Shown here one piece after another: positions 35,431-49,055 of a DNA stretch of 64,000 nucleotides (position 1 is the stretch's first letter; each line of letters opens with the position of its first letter). The DNA comes from Mustelus asterias (taxonomy: Eukaryota): the NCBI RefSeq assembly GCF_964213995.1, contig NW_027590077.1:930001-994000 (forward strand). The letters run 5' to 3'. The notes beneath the pieces were generated by a model that searched no databases, was not told the DNA's origin, and saw nothing but the letters and a program-made list of their open reading frames with translations. The position numbers were made by a program, and so were the translations under genes.

Positions 35431-36565
35431 TTGAGGTGAGAGTGACAGCCCTTGACATCAAGGCCGCATTCCCCCGAGTGTGGCATCAACAAGCCAAAGC
35501 AAAACTGGAGTAAATGGCTATCAGGGGGCAAAACCTCCGCTCTTGGGAGTCATACCTGGTAGGTAGGAAGATGGTTGTGGGTGTGGAGGGTCAGTCATCT
35601 CAGCTCCAGGACATCTCTGCAGGAGTCCCTCAGGGGAGTGTCCTCGGCCCAACAATCTTCAGCTTCTTGATCACTGACCTTCCAACCCTCATAAGGTCAG
35701 AAGTGGGAATGTTCACCGATGATTGCACAATGTTCAGCATCATTTGAGACTCCTCAGTACTTAACAGTCCATGTTCAAATGCAACAATATCTGGACAATA
35801 TCCAGGCTTGGGTTGACAAGTGGCAATTGACATTTTCGCCACGCAAATGCCAGGCAATGACCACTACCAGTCAAAGACACTCCAGACACCGCCTCTTGAC
35901 ATCTAAAGGTGTTACCATCACCGAATCCTCCACTGTCAACGTTCGTGGGGTTACCATTGACTAGAAACTCAACTGGACTCACGACATAAACACAGTGGCT
36001 CCAAGAGCAGGTCAGAGGAAAGGAATACTGCGGCAAGTAACTCACCTCCTGACTCCCCAAAGCCTAACCAGCATCTACAAGGCACAAGTCAGGAGTGTGA
36101 TGGAATGCTCCTCACTTGCCTGGACGGGTGCAGCTCCAACAACACTCAAGAAGCTTGACACTATTCAGGACAAAGCAAACCCCGTGATTGGCACCACATC
36201 TACAAACATCCACTCCCTCCACCAGCGACGCTCAGTAGCATCAGTGTGTACCATCTATAAGATGCACTGCAGCAATTCCTTAGACACCATCTCCCAAACA
36301 CACGATCACTTCGATCTGGAAGGACAAGGGCAGAAACTGCCTGTTCCCCTCCAAGACACTCACTGTCCTGAGTTAGAAATATGTCACCGCTCCTTCACAG
36401 TCATTGGGTCAAAATCCTGGAATTCCCTCCTTAAAGGCATTGGGGGCCAATCCACAGCACGAGGACTGCAGTGATTCAGGAAGGCCACCTTCTCAATGGC
36501 AACTAGGGATGGGCAATAAATCCTTGCCAGCCAGTGATGCCCATGGACACGAATGAATAAAAAAC
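35430..36565 (+). mobile_element. L2/CR1-clade LINE 3' portion (RT)
   Basis: [40 protein letters not shown]; tail ...gaatgaataaaaaa. Confidence 0.85.
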
Positions 36566-37699
36566 GCTTCCTGGCGCTGTGAGGCAGCAGTGCTAACCAC
36601 GGTGCCAACGTGCCACCCTGTGTTTCTTCAATCGATGACTCTTTGAGGAACTAAATTTCAGACTCCCACCAACCGATGGGTGAAAGATTCTCTCCTCTGT
36701 TCCCTATTTATTCTTCAACTCTTAACTGTGCCCTATCATTCTTGACCCGTTTACTAATTACACTCGTGCATCACTCTCCTTCCTTTCCATGTCCCTCATA
36801 ACTATCCTATCCAATATTTCTGCATAAATGAAACGCTTCAGCCCAGGTGAATGTGCTCCGTGTCCGCTGCAGCGTATCACCCCCTTCCTCTAATGTTGTG
36901 AACAGGGCTGCACACAGTACTGAAGTCGCGGGCTAACCAGCATTTTATTCCGTCCAAGTCTGACCTCCCTGCCCTTGTACCCTGTGTTTCTGCTCATGTC
37001 GGTAGACATCTCTAGTCCCTTTGTTAGACTAACACGTTGTATAACAAAGTTTCCTGTATTCCTCTGATTATGGAAGCTGGGGGAATGATCAAAACGAATT
37101 GGTTAAAACAATGGAAAGATTTGGCCCTGTGGGTAGATAGGGCGTTTCTCCTCTGATGGGACGAGTCCAAAATAAATGGGTGTAAACTGAAAAATAGAGC
37201 GAAGCCTTTTGATCGTGATGTCAGGAAACCTATCTTCACATAAAGGCGAAATCAGAAACTACCTCCCCAAAATCCCACTTTGCCTCAGATAGATTGGCAA
37301 TAAAATATCTTCATTCTCTCGCTCAGATCGTGATGTTATGGCTTAAGTAAGCAATGTGTCTAAATGGATTGAAGATAGCAATGACTTTTGATCTATTCAA
37401 ACTCTGGTTCAGGCTTGGGGAAAAGAATGACCAAACCTTTAATTTTAAATTAAAACATTCTGATCACCCCAAACTGGCATATTGATGATGAAAATATTGA
37501 TGCGATTTTCTTTCAGAACTCGGGTTCCAACAGTGCACACACTTGATTATCACACAGGGACATATTGTTCTGTGCGTTTGTGCATGTATTTTTATGCATG
37601 CGTGTGTGTGTATACCTGTATGTTTATGTGTGAGTGTGAATGCGTGTGCCTGTGTCTAATTTTATTTGTGCATATGACTGTACGTGTGTGTGTGTTTGT

Positions 37700-38078
37700 G
37701 TTTATTCATTCGTGGGACATGGGCATCGCTGCCTGGTCAGCATCAATTGCCCAATCCTATTTGCGCTTGAAACTGAATGGCTTGCGAGGTCATTTCGGAG
37801 GGCAGTTTAGAGTCCATCATAGTGCTGTGGCTCTGGAATCACATGCAGGCCAGATTAGGCCAGGACAGCAGATTTCCTTCCCGAAAGAATATTAGTGAAC
37901 CAGATGGGTATGCATGACGGTCGACACTGGTTTCATGGTCATCAGGAGGTACTTAATCCCAGATAACTTTTTAATGAATTCGAATTCCATCCCCTGCCGT
38001 GGCGGGATTTGAACCGGGGTCCCCAGAGCAACAGCTGAGTTTCTGGATAAATAATCCAGCGATAATACCACTCGGCCA
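37700..38078 (-). mobile_element. tRNA-derived SINE with L2-like tail (Deu/SacSINE-like)
   Basis: Reverse-strand counterpart of 57975-58325, embedded in (TG)-rich sequence. Confidence 0.65.
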
Positions 38079-38544
38079 TGAAAATGTGTATGCTTGTGTC
38101 TATATGACTATATGTGTGCATTTATGTCTGTGCGTGTGTGTGTGTGTGGCGGGGGCGGTGGAGGGGGATGGTTGTGTGGGTGAATGTGTGCGTGCGAGTA
38201 TGTGAGTGTGTGTATGTATGTGTGTGTTTTCTGAACATGTGTATATGTTTGTCAGGGGTTAAGTAAATCGTGAGGAGAATGGGCTCTTCAACGCAGAGTG
38301 CATTGCTGTTGATCAAAAAAGGTTCATATTGAGCAACATATGCAAACAAATATGAGTAACGCAAAAGAGTTGGCACGTGATTGACGTCTCCACAGCACAT
38401 AACATCGTGAGACCCCTGGCATGAAAGTAAAGTCCCAGACTGGAGGGGGATGCTTCCTCATTATACTGACTCTGAAATTCCACATTGGGTACGCGAACAT
38501 AATGGTCATTTTTCTGCACTGATCATGCATATTTACGTAATATG

Positions 38545-38985
38545 CAGAGAGAAAAAGATGGTTAGGATGATATTCATTGGAGTTTAGAAGTGCGGCAGGG
38601 GATCTCAGAGAAACTTACAGAATCTAACAGTGTTAGACAGGGTGGATTCAGAAAGAATGGCCCCAGTGGTGGGGGAGTCAATAACTAGGGGTCATAGTTT
38701 GAGGATAAGGTGCAGAACTTTTATGACTGAGGTGAAGAGAAATTTCTTCATCCAGAGACTCGGACATCTGTAAAGTTCACTGCAACAGAAAGTATTTGAG
38801 GCCAAAACGTTGTTTGATTTCAAGAAGAAATTAAAAATATGGCTGGTAGTGTTAAATGTATCAAGGGATATGGGGGAACGGGGAGAATCAGTATATTGAA
38901 TTTGATGATCAGCCACGATCATAATAAATGAAGGAGTATGCTCGAAGGGAAGAATAGCCTCCTCCTGCTTCTCATTTCCATGTTT
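38545..38985 (+). mobile_element. Old CR1 3' fragment
   Basis: actaggggtcatagtttgaggataagg..ttcttcatccagag and cctcctcctgctt tail. Confidence 0.75.
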
Positions 38986-39066
38986 TTTATTTCAGAGAGA
39001 ATGAAGTTCAGGACCGAGCACAGTGCGATTTGAATTCAAGTAATTAATTGCATACAGAACAGCACA

Positions 39067-39662
39067 ATGGGGTGTGGGGATGGCCTTGGCGAGATGTTCG
39101 TCTTCATCAATGACATGTTGAAGGCTCCGGAGGAGATGCCGTAGCTTCTCCGTTCCGGGGACGTACTGGACGACGAAGGGTACTCTGTCCATCAATACAT
39201 TCTCCAAGGCGGCCACCACGACACAGGATGGCGCAGAGTCGCTGAGCAGAAAAAAAAATAGCCAAGTTCCGCATACATGAGGACGGCCTCAACCGGGATA
39301 TTGGTTCATGTCACACTATCTGTAATCCTCACAGCTTGCCTGGACTTGCAGTATTTCACTGGCTGTCCTGTCTGGAGACAATACACATCTCTTTGTCCTG
39401 TCTTGGTGCTCTTTCCACTCATATTGTTTGTACCTTTAAGACTTGATTAGCTGTAAGTATTCGCATTCCAACCATTATTCCTTAAATTGAGTTTGTGTCT
39501 TTATGTGCCCTGTTCGTGAACATAATTTCCGCTCACCTGATGAAGGAGCAGTGCTCCGAAAACGTGTGGCTTTTGCTACCAAATAAACCTGTTGGACTTT
39601 AACCTGGTGTTGGTAAACGTCTTATTGTGTTTACCCCAGTCGAATGCCCGCGTCTCCATATC
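39067..39662. mobile_element. Older Penelope-like insertion with inverted 5' segment
   Basis: 39067-39190 (minus) encodes DRVPFVVQYVPGTEKLRHLLRSLQHVIDEDEHLAKAIPTP; 39199-39662 (plus) is a diverged copy of the PLE 3' end/pLTR. Confidence 0.85.
39529..39569 (+). ncRNA. Hammerhead ribozyme motif (CTGATGA variant)
   Basis: cac CTGATGA a GGAGC agt GCTCC GAAA acg tgtgg; helix II differs in sequence from the young copies but still pairs. Confidence 0.65.
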
Positions 39663-39667
39663 ATGAC

Positions 39668-40925
39668 TACTGTGGGAGGTAACCAGAACAAGCAGAGGAA
39701 ACCCACGCAGACACAGGGAAAATTCGCAAACTCCACAGAGAGAGTAACCCGAGGCCAGGAATTAAATCCGGATTCCTGGCACTGTGAGGCAGCAGTGCTA
39801 ACTAACCTCTGTGGCACCATGCCGCCCATCCTTACGTTTTTTTTTTAAGTTAAGTATATCTGCATCATCAGTAAGTTGCTTTTCTACAGGCGTGGAGATA
39901 TTAGCTCATAATTAGAGTGTGTTAATCTCCAATCGGAATTCTTCTGACAGTGAAGGAGTCTATAGCCACATGCAACAAGGTCAGGTCTGAGATCGGATAT
40001 TGCGTGTGAGTAACTTGCCTCCCCATTGCACACTTCATTTTCACAATCTACAAGTCACAAGGAAAGAATAGGGTGGAATATGCTCCACTTGTCTGAATGA
40101 GTGCAGTGTTAACTTCACTTCCTCATTTAGCACTGACTTGGCGGCCCGACAAAACCGCCATTTCGATCATTAGATGGTGGCCTTGTCATTGAGGCCCAGG
40201 GCTTTAGAATTAATTGATGGAGAACAATTTTTTGCTGTATGAGGAACCTGTGATGCAATGCAACTTTAAGCCAGAATCTACAAGTACAAGTCCAAAGATG
40301 TGCGGGTTAGGTTGATTGGCCATAGTAAAATTGCTCTTAGTGTCCTGGGATGCGTAGGTTAGAGGGATTAGTGTGTAAATATGTAGGGATATGGGGGTAG
40401 GGCCTGGGTGGGATTGTGGTCGGTGCAGACTCGATGGGCCGAATGGCCTCTTTCTGTGCTGTAGGGTTTCTAAGATTCTAAGATACAAGTCTCACTGCAG
40501 AACCTGATGGCCAAGAAATGTGCTTTCAGAGCACGGACAAACTGACTGAGTAACAACTTATGAATCTTTCCAACATCCACCAGTGGTAGGAGGTAAGAGT
40601 TGGAATGTTTTGTGGTCAGTCATATGATCATAGAACCCCACAGTGGAGAAGGAGGCCAATCGGCCCATTGAGTCTGCATCGACCACAATCCAACCCAGGC
40701 CCTATATCCATAACACCATATATTTCCCCGAGCTACTCCACCAGAAAATAAGGGGCAATTTAGTATGGCCAATCCACCCAACCTGCACCACTTTGGACTT
40801 TGGGTGGAAACCACAGCACCTGGAAGAAACCCACGCAAACACAGGGACAATATGCAAACTCCACACAGACAATTGAACCCGCGTACCTGGCGCTGTGAGG
40901 CAGCAGTGCTAACCACTGTCCATAG
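39668..40925. mobile_element. Cluster of V-SINE copies (39668-39826 minus, ~40270-40485 plus, ~40628-40925 minus)
   Basis: HE1-like head, core and tail motifs. Confidence 0.7.
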
Positions 40926-41229
40926 GTCCAGGCAACAACAAGCCTGTCGATGTCGATCATGCCGCAACAAGACCAGACTCCGTGTGCATCTGGTTTGCCA
41001 GTTGGTTGGATGGACCGTGTGGAAACCATTGCTGTCAACAGCACCGGGTCCAATCCCAGTTTGGCGTGGGGTGGATTGCGACCTGCGTCTGGTGATGTGG
41101 GTGAGACCTGCCTTCGAGAAGATCACGCGAGAAGAATGCTTGCTGCAGTATTACAATCCTTGTATTGCATTGAACCCACATCCACTGATACAATCAAGTG
41201 TCCATACAATGCCCAGCACCACCCTGCAA

Positions 41230-41690
41230 CCACACACATACACACACGCTCACTCACAGAAACATGCAGAAACTCACTCATAGACACACACTGACTCACT
41301 CACTCATTCACAAATTAACTCGCACACAGACTGTCTCTCTGGCACAAACGTATAGAAACACATATCCTCACTTACACGCACAGATTCAATCACACAGGCT
41401 CACACACACAGAAACAAGCACAAAAAAGACACACACATACACACATTCAAACGCCCATACACACACAGAGATACACATATACACACCCAAACACACGCAC
41501 AAGCACACACACAGGCTCACACACATACACACATTCACACACACACAGATACACACGTACACACACAAACACACAGTCACCAAAACACACACATTTTCAC
41601 ACACACAAAGAAACAGAGATACACGATACATACAGACACAAACAAACAAACACACAGCAAGAAACACATACACACAAACAGCACCCACTC
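41230..41690. repeat. Degenerate (CA)n-rich tract
   Basis: Direct reading. Confidence 0.9.
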
Positions 41691-43354
41691 GCCCCTCCGC
41701 ACTGCAATGATGTTCTGAGAATATAATTTCGAATTAGCAAAGCACCATCTCAGTGACAAGTCCCAATTGTGTCTGGAATGTTCCCGCATTGAATCTTCAA
41801 AAATCGGGAAGTCAGAGTATGACAGAGTATTAATAGATTATATCACGCGCATAACATTGCAGTGTCAGTATCAGGCAAGGCTATCCCCACCTGGTGCTTA
41901 TCAAAGTTCTGTTCACCAGTGATGCTTGACTTTAACAGTAAGCACAGAGCGTTCCGTAGTTGTTTTGCTATCTAAATCGGTGAACTGCAGTTAGTATTTA
42001 GGCCCTTGCCATCTCACAATGATCATAATTTTGAACAGGAAAGAAACAGTCCTATTCCTTACTCTTCCTCCTGCCTTGTTTGCATGTGTTAATGAAAATG
42101 TGTTTTTACTCTGTGTTTCTGATGTGAACAGCACATTGTTCTCATTCAACGAACATCCTCTGACGGACACCAATTCCTCCTCATTTATTCAATTGCTAAA
42201 ATAGCCTAAAAATCCCCTGATCTGTTGATCGAACAAACATGGATGTCCTTCCATTAGCTTATTTGATCATTCAGCTTTGCCCGTTTCCAAATGCCAACAA
42301 TCTAAGTCTCTCCCCTCCCAACACTGCAACACCCCACCCCGCCCCCACACTCTTTCTCATCCCTTCAACAAGGGGAAGAGATTTTTTCCTGTCTACTTGA
42401 TCTTTGCCCCTGAGAATTGTACACATCTCAATCATGTCTACCCTCAGTCTCCTCTGTTCCGAGGAAAGCAACCCCAGTCTATTCACTCTCTCTTCATAGC
42501 TAAAGCTCTGCAGCCCAGACAGCATCCTGTGCATGTCGCACGATTTCTCACGACCAGGGTCTACAAACATTCCACTCAAATTGAGAATCTGTTGGATACA
42601 TTCAACCACCGTGTACATAGCTTTATTGAGCACCGATTTCAAACAAGATCTGTCAGCAACAGAATGCAATGGTTCAATTGCACAAAAATGCTGTTAGTCT
42701 TTGGTATCTCGTCACACATCAATAAATGTGATCCTTCTGTAAATTTCTGTGTCAAATAATGTCCCCATTCTGCAGAAACCTTCATTCAAGTGATGACATT
42801 TAAGGAAAAGTCATCCTACCACAAGGACTATCTGTTGTCCTTGTCCCTTTTCTGAGGGCAGACAACTCTCTGAATCACAAAGGCCTCCAGACAAGCGGAG
42901 ATCTTACATCAACTTCCCTCAGTAAGCAATAGATCACTGGAACTGGACAGAAATGTCATGCCAGTTTACTTTCAACTGACCAGAAAGCATTATTTAAAAA
43001 TTGGATTTTAATTTCCTATTCAAACAGTTAAGAAACAAATATTTAAAGCTCCCGCTCCCTGTATTAAAAATTGAATCAATATGGGTTTAAGGTTAACACA
43101 CTTATAATTGAAGGTGGACCCTCTGCTTGTGTGAAACAAGCTGAAGTTAAGGTTGAATCATTGTGAAACCAGTCTTAAAATCGCACCGAGATCATCGGAT
43201 GCGGGTCCTGACTCAGAAGGTGGATCTCCCTCAGGAATCAGGCACATCCAAATCCGAGAACTGAACATCCACTCGATTCCAATCGATCGGCTCCTTTGCA
43301 CGTTGATCCTTGGACATCCGCTTCACATGGAAAGGAGAGAAAAGAAAGCATGAG

Positions 43355-43860
43355 TGTGAGAGCAGAGAAAGGAGGGAGAGAGAGAAAGAGTGAGAGAGAG
43401 GGAGAAAGAGGGAGAGAGAGGGAGAGAGAGAGAGAGTAATGGAGGCAGAGAGACAGCAAGAGAGAGATGGACAAAGACCGAAAGATGGACAGAGCGATAA
43501 AGAGTGAGGCGGAGAGGGAGAGTGAGAGAGAGAGAGATACAGATAGACATACCAAGGGAATAAGATTGATAGAGACACAGAGAGAGATATAGAGAGGGTG
43601 AGACAGACAGATAGAGAGAAGGGAGAAAAGGAGAGAGAAATTGGCAGAGAGGCAGACAAAGAGAGAGAGGGAGAGAGAGAGAGAAACGGAAACAGAAACA
43701 GAGAGAAATGGGAAGCGATATGGTGAAAGAGAGAGACAGGAAATATACAGATCGAGAAACACACAGAGAGACAGAGAAGAAAGTAGACAGACAGAGGGAG
43801 AGAGAATGACAGACAGCGCGAGAGAGACAGTTAGAGAGAGAGAGAGAGACAGAGAGGGAT
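43355..43860. repeat. Degenerate (AG)n-rich tract
   Basis: Direct reading. Confidence 0.9.
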
Positions 43861-44659
43861 CATTTCTGTCCAGTTCCAGCTCTGTCCGTCTTTCGGCAAA
43901 GCATTCAGCTCATCAGTAGGAGGCCATTCAGTCTGCCTTCAGCTTGTTAAGTGGCGCGAGTGGGAATGGCGAGAGGAGGGCTACGGGAATGTTTAATAAT
44001 TCTGAGATGCATACAGTGATCATGGAAAGCAGACTGTGAGAGGAAGGATGTGATCTCTCTCGTGTTGGCCCTCATTGCAATGCAGTCTCACCTTGTACAT
44101 AGTCACACTCTTCGCTATTTCTTCGTCGAGTTCTGTCATCGAAGTTAACTCCACGTTTATCATCTGGTACTCAGTATCTAAACCCAACACAAACCAAAAA
44201 CTATTCCTCCCAGTCAATTCACGTTCTATTTTCTTCGTTTTTCATCTCCGCTTTTCTCACACAGTTGCCGTATCGCCAATATTAACACTTTAAATATCCG
44301 CCTCTTGTGACAATGTCAGACTCCAATCATGGCCATTCTTTACTCTGTGACTCAGGGCGGAGGAATGAAGCAACTGATGGCAGTAGGAAACCACAGCCTT
44401 TCGCCACCACATCCACTCAGCCGCGTCTGGAATTGCAGCATTATATTTTGTGGAAATTGAACCGAGAAAAAGATAAACTAGCAGCAGATTGATACCTGCG
44501 GTTGGAGATTCTGTTGGGATTGGTGAACCTGGGTCAGTGGATTTTGGGACTGAGGCCTCATTGAGTCCCAGAGTTGTTGTTGTGCTGGGACCTGTGACAA
44601 GGGAGGAGAAATGGGAGATCACAAAGTTGAAATCATGCCAATCGCTAAGCTGTTGGTTA

Positions 44660-45017
44660 AGTTAGTTCAATGCATCCCACTCTCCTTAGAAACTACATCC
44701 TACTCCCCTCAGACGCTACATCCTACTCCCCTCAGTCACTACATCTCACTCCCCACATCCATTACATCGCACTACCCTCATTCATCTCAACCTACTCTCC
44801 TCAGTCACTAAATCCCACACCCCTCAGTCACTACATCCCTCTCCCCTCAGTCACTGCATCCCAATCACCTCAGTAACTAAATCCCACTCCCCTCAGTAAG
44901 TACATCCCACTACCCTCAGTTATTACATCCCACTCCCCTCAGTCAGTACATCCCACTCCCCTCAGTCACTACATCCCACTCCCCTCAGACACTGCACCCC
45001 ACTCCCCTCAGTCACTG
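44660..45017. repeat. 23-bp minisatellite, left block
   Basis: cccactcccctcagtcactacat units. Confidence 0.9.
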
Positions 45018-47489
45018 CAGTCACAACCAAGGTGCAGGCAGATAGATGGATGACCGCTAGAAGGGGCAGGCAGTCAGTGCTGGGAACATCTTTGACTCTC
45101 CCCCTCTCTAACAAGTATACCGTTTTCGGATACTGTTGGGGGAGATGACCTATCAGGGGATAACAGCAGGAGCAGTGGCATCACGCGGGCTCTGTTGTGA
45201 TGAAGGGAGGGAAAAAGAGGACTTGAACAAAAGTAATAGGGGACTCAATAGTTAGGGGTGCAGATAGGCGCTTCTGTGAACGTGAAAGAGACTCCATGAT
45301 GGTATGTTGCCTCCCTGGTGCCAGGGTCCAGGATGTCTCTGAACGGGTAGAAAACATTCTGAAGAGAGAGGGTGAACAATGAAAAGTCATGGTACATATT
45401 GGTACTAACGAAATAGGTAGGAAGAAAGATGAGGTCCTGCAGCAGCAGTTTAGGGAGTTAGGGAGAAAGTTAAAAAGCAGGACCTCTGGGGTTTTCATCT
45501 CAGGATTACTCCTTCTGCTACGTGCTAGTGAGGCTAGGAATAGGAAGATAGTGCAGCTCAACACGTGGCTAAACAGCTGGTGTAGGAGGGAGTGTTTCAG
45601 ATATCTGGACCATTGCGGTCTCTTCCAGGGCAGGTCCGACCTGCACAAGAAGGACAGGTTGCATCTAAACGGGAAGGGCATAACTATTCTGGCCGGGAGC
45701 TATGCGAGTGTCACACGGGAGGATTTAAACTAGTTTGGTAGGCGGTGGGAACCAAAGCAAAAGTGAATTAGCCGAAGAGGAGCCAGAGAGTAGGGCCATT
45801 AAGACTCAGATAAAGAGCAGGCAGGGTGTGGTTGATAATCAGAGAGGGTCTGGTGCACTGAAGTGCATTTGTTTCAATGCGAGAAGTGTAACAGGTATGG
45901 CAGATGAATTTAGAGCTTGGATTAGTATTAGGAACTATGCTGTTGTTGCCCTCACAGAGACTTGGTTAAGGGAAGGACAGGATTGGCAGCTTAACATTCG
46001 AGGATACAGATGTTTCAGGCAGGATAGAGGGGGATCAAAAAGGAGTGGGGAATTGCACTACTGGTTAAGTAGAATATCACAGCTGTACTGCAGGAGGACA
46101 TCTCGGAGGGCATATACAGTGGGGCAATATGGATAGAGCTCAGGAATAGGAAGGGTGTAGTCACAATGTTGGGGGTTTACTATAGACACCCAGCTGCCAG
46201 CGGGAGATAGAGGAACAGACATGTAAGCAGATTTTGGCAAGGTGTAAAAGTAACAGCGTTGTTGTCGTGGGAAATTTTAACTTCCCCTATCTTGACTGGG
46301 ACTCACTTAGAGCTAGGGGCGTGGATGGGGAAGTGTTTGTAAGGAACATCCAGGAAGGTTTCTTGAAACAGTATGTAGATAGTCCAACTAGGGAAGGGGC
46401 CATACTGGACCTGGTATTGGGGATTGAGCCCGGCCAGGTGATCGATGTTTCAATCGGGGAGTAGTTTGGGAACAGTGACAACAATTCAGTAAGCTTTAAG
46501 GTACTGATGGACAAAGATAAGTGTACTCTTCAAGTTAAGGTGCTAAATTGTGGGAAGGCCAATTACAATAATATTAGGCAGGAATTGAAGAACGTAGATT
46601 GGAGGCAGATATTTGACGGCAAATCAACATCTGGCATGTGGGAGGCTTTCAAGTGGAAGTTGATAGGGATTCAGGACCGGCACATTCCTGTAAGGATGAA
46701 GGATAAGTGTGGTAAATTTTGGGTACCTTGGATAACGAGAGATATTGTGAGCCTAGTCAAAGAGAAAAAGGAAGCATTTGTCAAAGCTAGGAGGCTGGGA
46801 ACACACGAAGCAAGTGTGTATTACAAGGAAGTAGAAATAAACTTATGCAAGGAGTAAGGAGGGCTAAAAGTGGTCACAGAAAAGCATTGGCCAGCAGGAT
46901 TAAGGAAAATCCCAAGGTTTTTTATGCATATATAAAGAGCAAGAGGATAGCCAGGGAGAGGGCTGGCCCAATCAAGGACAGGGGAGGGAATCTATACGTG
47001 GAGCCAGAGGAAATGGGAGAGCTATTAAATGAGTACTTTGCGTCAATATTCACCAAAGAGGACTTGGTGGATGATGAGTCTGGGAAAAGGTGTGTAGATA
47101 GTTTTTCTCATGTTGAGATTAAAAAGGAGGAGATATTGGGGTTCTTGAGAAAGATTAAGGTAGACAAGTCCCAGGGCCTGATGGGATATACCCCAGAACA
47201 CAGAGAGGCAAGGGAGGAAATTGCTGCGGCCTTGAGAGAAATCTTTGTATCCTCCCTGGCTACATTGGAAGTCCCAGATGATTAGAGAATAGTCAATGTT
47301 GATCCTTTGTTTCAAAAGGGTAGTAAGAATAATCCAGGTAATTACAGGGAGTTGAGCCTTACATCAGTGGTAGGGAAATTATTGGGGAGGATTCTTCGAG
47401 ACAGATTTATTCCCATTTGGAAATAAGTGGATTTATTAGTGAGAGGCAATATGGTTTTGTAAAGGGGAGGTCACTAACTTGATCGAGTT
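45018..47489 (+). mobile_element. CR1 internal fragment (ORF1 esterase, APE, RT start) lacking both ends
   Basis: VHIGTNEIGRK..LHLN esterase; FNARS, VVGNFN APE; breaks off after KGRS inside RT. Confidence 0.9.
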
Positions 47490-48730
47490 TCAGTCATTAC
47501 ATCCCACTTCCCTCAGTCACTAAATCCCACTCCACTCATTCACTACATCCCACGCCCCTCAGTCAGTATATCAACACTCCCCTCAGTCACTACATTGCAC
47601 TCCACTCAGTCACTGCATCCATTCCCCCAAGTAACTGCATCCCACTCCACTCAGTCAGTACTTACCGCACCCCTCAGACACTACATCCCACTCACCTGAG
47701 GCACTGCATCCCACTCCCCTCAGTCATTACATTCCACTCCCGTCAATCATTGCAGCCCACTCCTATGAGACACTACATCCCACTCACCTCTGTCACTACA
47801 TTCCACTCCCCTCAGTCATTGCATCTCACTCCGCTCAGTCACTGCATCCAACTCACCAGAGTTACTGTATCCTACTCCCCTCAGTAACTACATCCCACTC
47901 ACCTCGGACACTACATCCCACTCCAGTCAGACACTGCATCCCACTCCCCTCAATCATTACATCCCGTGCCCCTCAGTCACTACATCCCGCTCCCCTCGGA
48001 CAGTACATCCCACTCCACTCAGACATTACATCGGACTGCCGTCAGTCAATACATCACGCTCCCTTCATTCACTAAAGCCCACTCATCTAAGTCCTTAAAT
48101 CCCACTCGACTCAATCACTACATCTCACTCCCCTCAGTCAATACATCCCACGCCCCTCAGTCACTACATCCGACTCCCCTCCGTCTCTACATCCCACTCC
48201 CCTCGGTCACTAAATACCACTCTCCTCAGTCACTAAATCCCACTCCGCTCAGTCACTACATATCACTGCCCTCAGTCACTACATCCCATTCCCTCAGTCA
48301 CACTCCCCTCAGTCAATGCATCCCATTCCCCTCAGTCACTACATCCCTTTCACTTCAGTCACTATACCCCGCTCCCCTCAGTCACTGCTTCCCAATCCCC
48401 TCAGTCACTGCATATCCCTCCCCTCACTCATTACGTCCCACTCCCTTCACTGACTACATCCCACTCCCCTCAGTTACTAAATCCCACTCTCCTCAGTCAC
48501 TATATCCCACTCCCCTCACACTGCATCCCGCTCCCCTAATTTGCTACATGCCTATCCCCTGAGTCAATGCATCCCACACCCCTCAGTCACTATATACCAC
48601 TGCGCTCAGTCAAGACATGCTACTCCCCTCAGTCACGATATACCACTGCCCTCGATCACTACATACTACTCCACAGTCACTATATTCATGTGCCTCAGCC
48701 ACTCCATCCCTCTCTCCCTCAGTCACTATA
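47490..48730. repeat. 23-bp minisatellite, right block
   Basis: Same unit as 32420-33880, more diverged. Confidence 0.92.
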
Positions 48731-49055
48731 TCTCCCTACTACTTGCCCTACATCATTTCACATTTAACATCGCCTTTCCCTGCCACACTCATCCCCGTTC
48801 TAACATCTCCTCTCTGTGGATCTCATTTTCCACATCGCACCTCTTATGTGATACGCCCCTCAGGCACTACATCACGCCCTCACTTTCTCCCGTCTCTCAC
48901 TCTGCCATTTACATTCAAGTCCTAAGTGTTTCCACTTTCCAACTCATATACAACCCTTGTGCACCCTTCCCCACCTCCCAACGTTGAGCACCCTCTATCT
49001 ACATATCCGTCACCAATGCCCTGTTGTGAGATAACTGTGGGTCTTTAATCGCATG

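Noticed and set aside
41198-43919. Long ORFs rich in HT, VC, SL or ER
   Set aside because: Products of (CA)n and (AG)n tracts; only 43231-43320 is retained as a probable exon.
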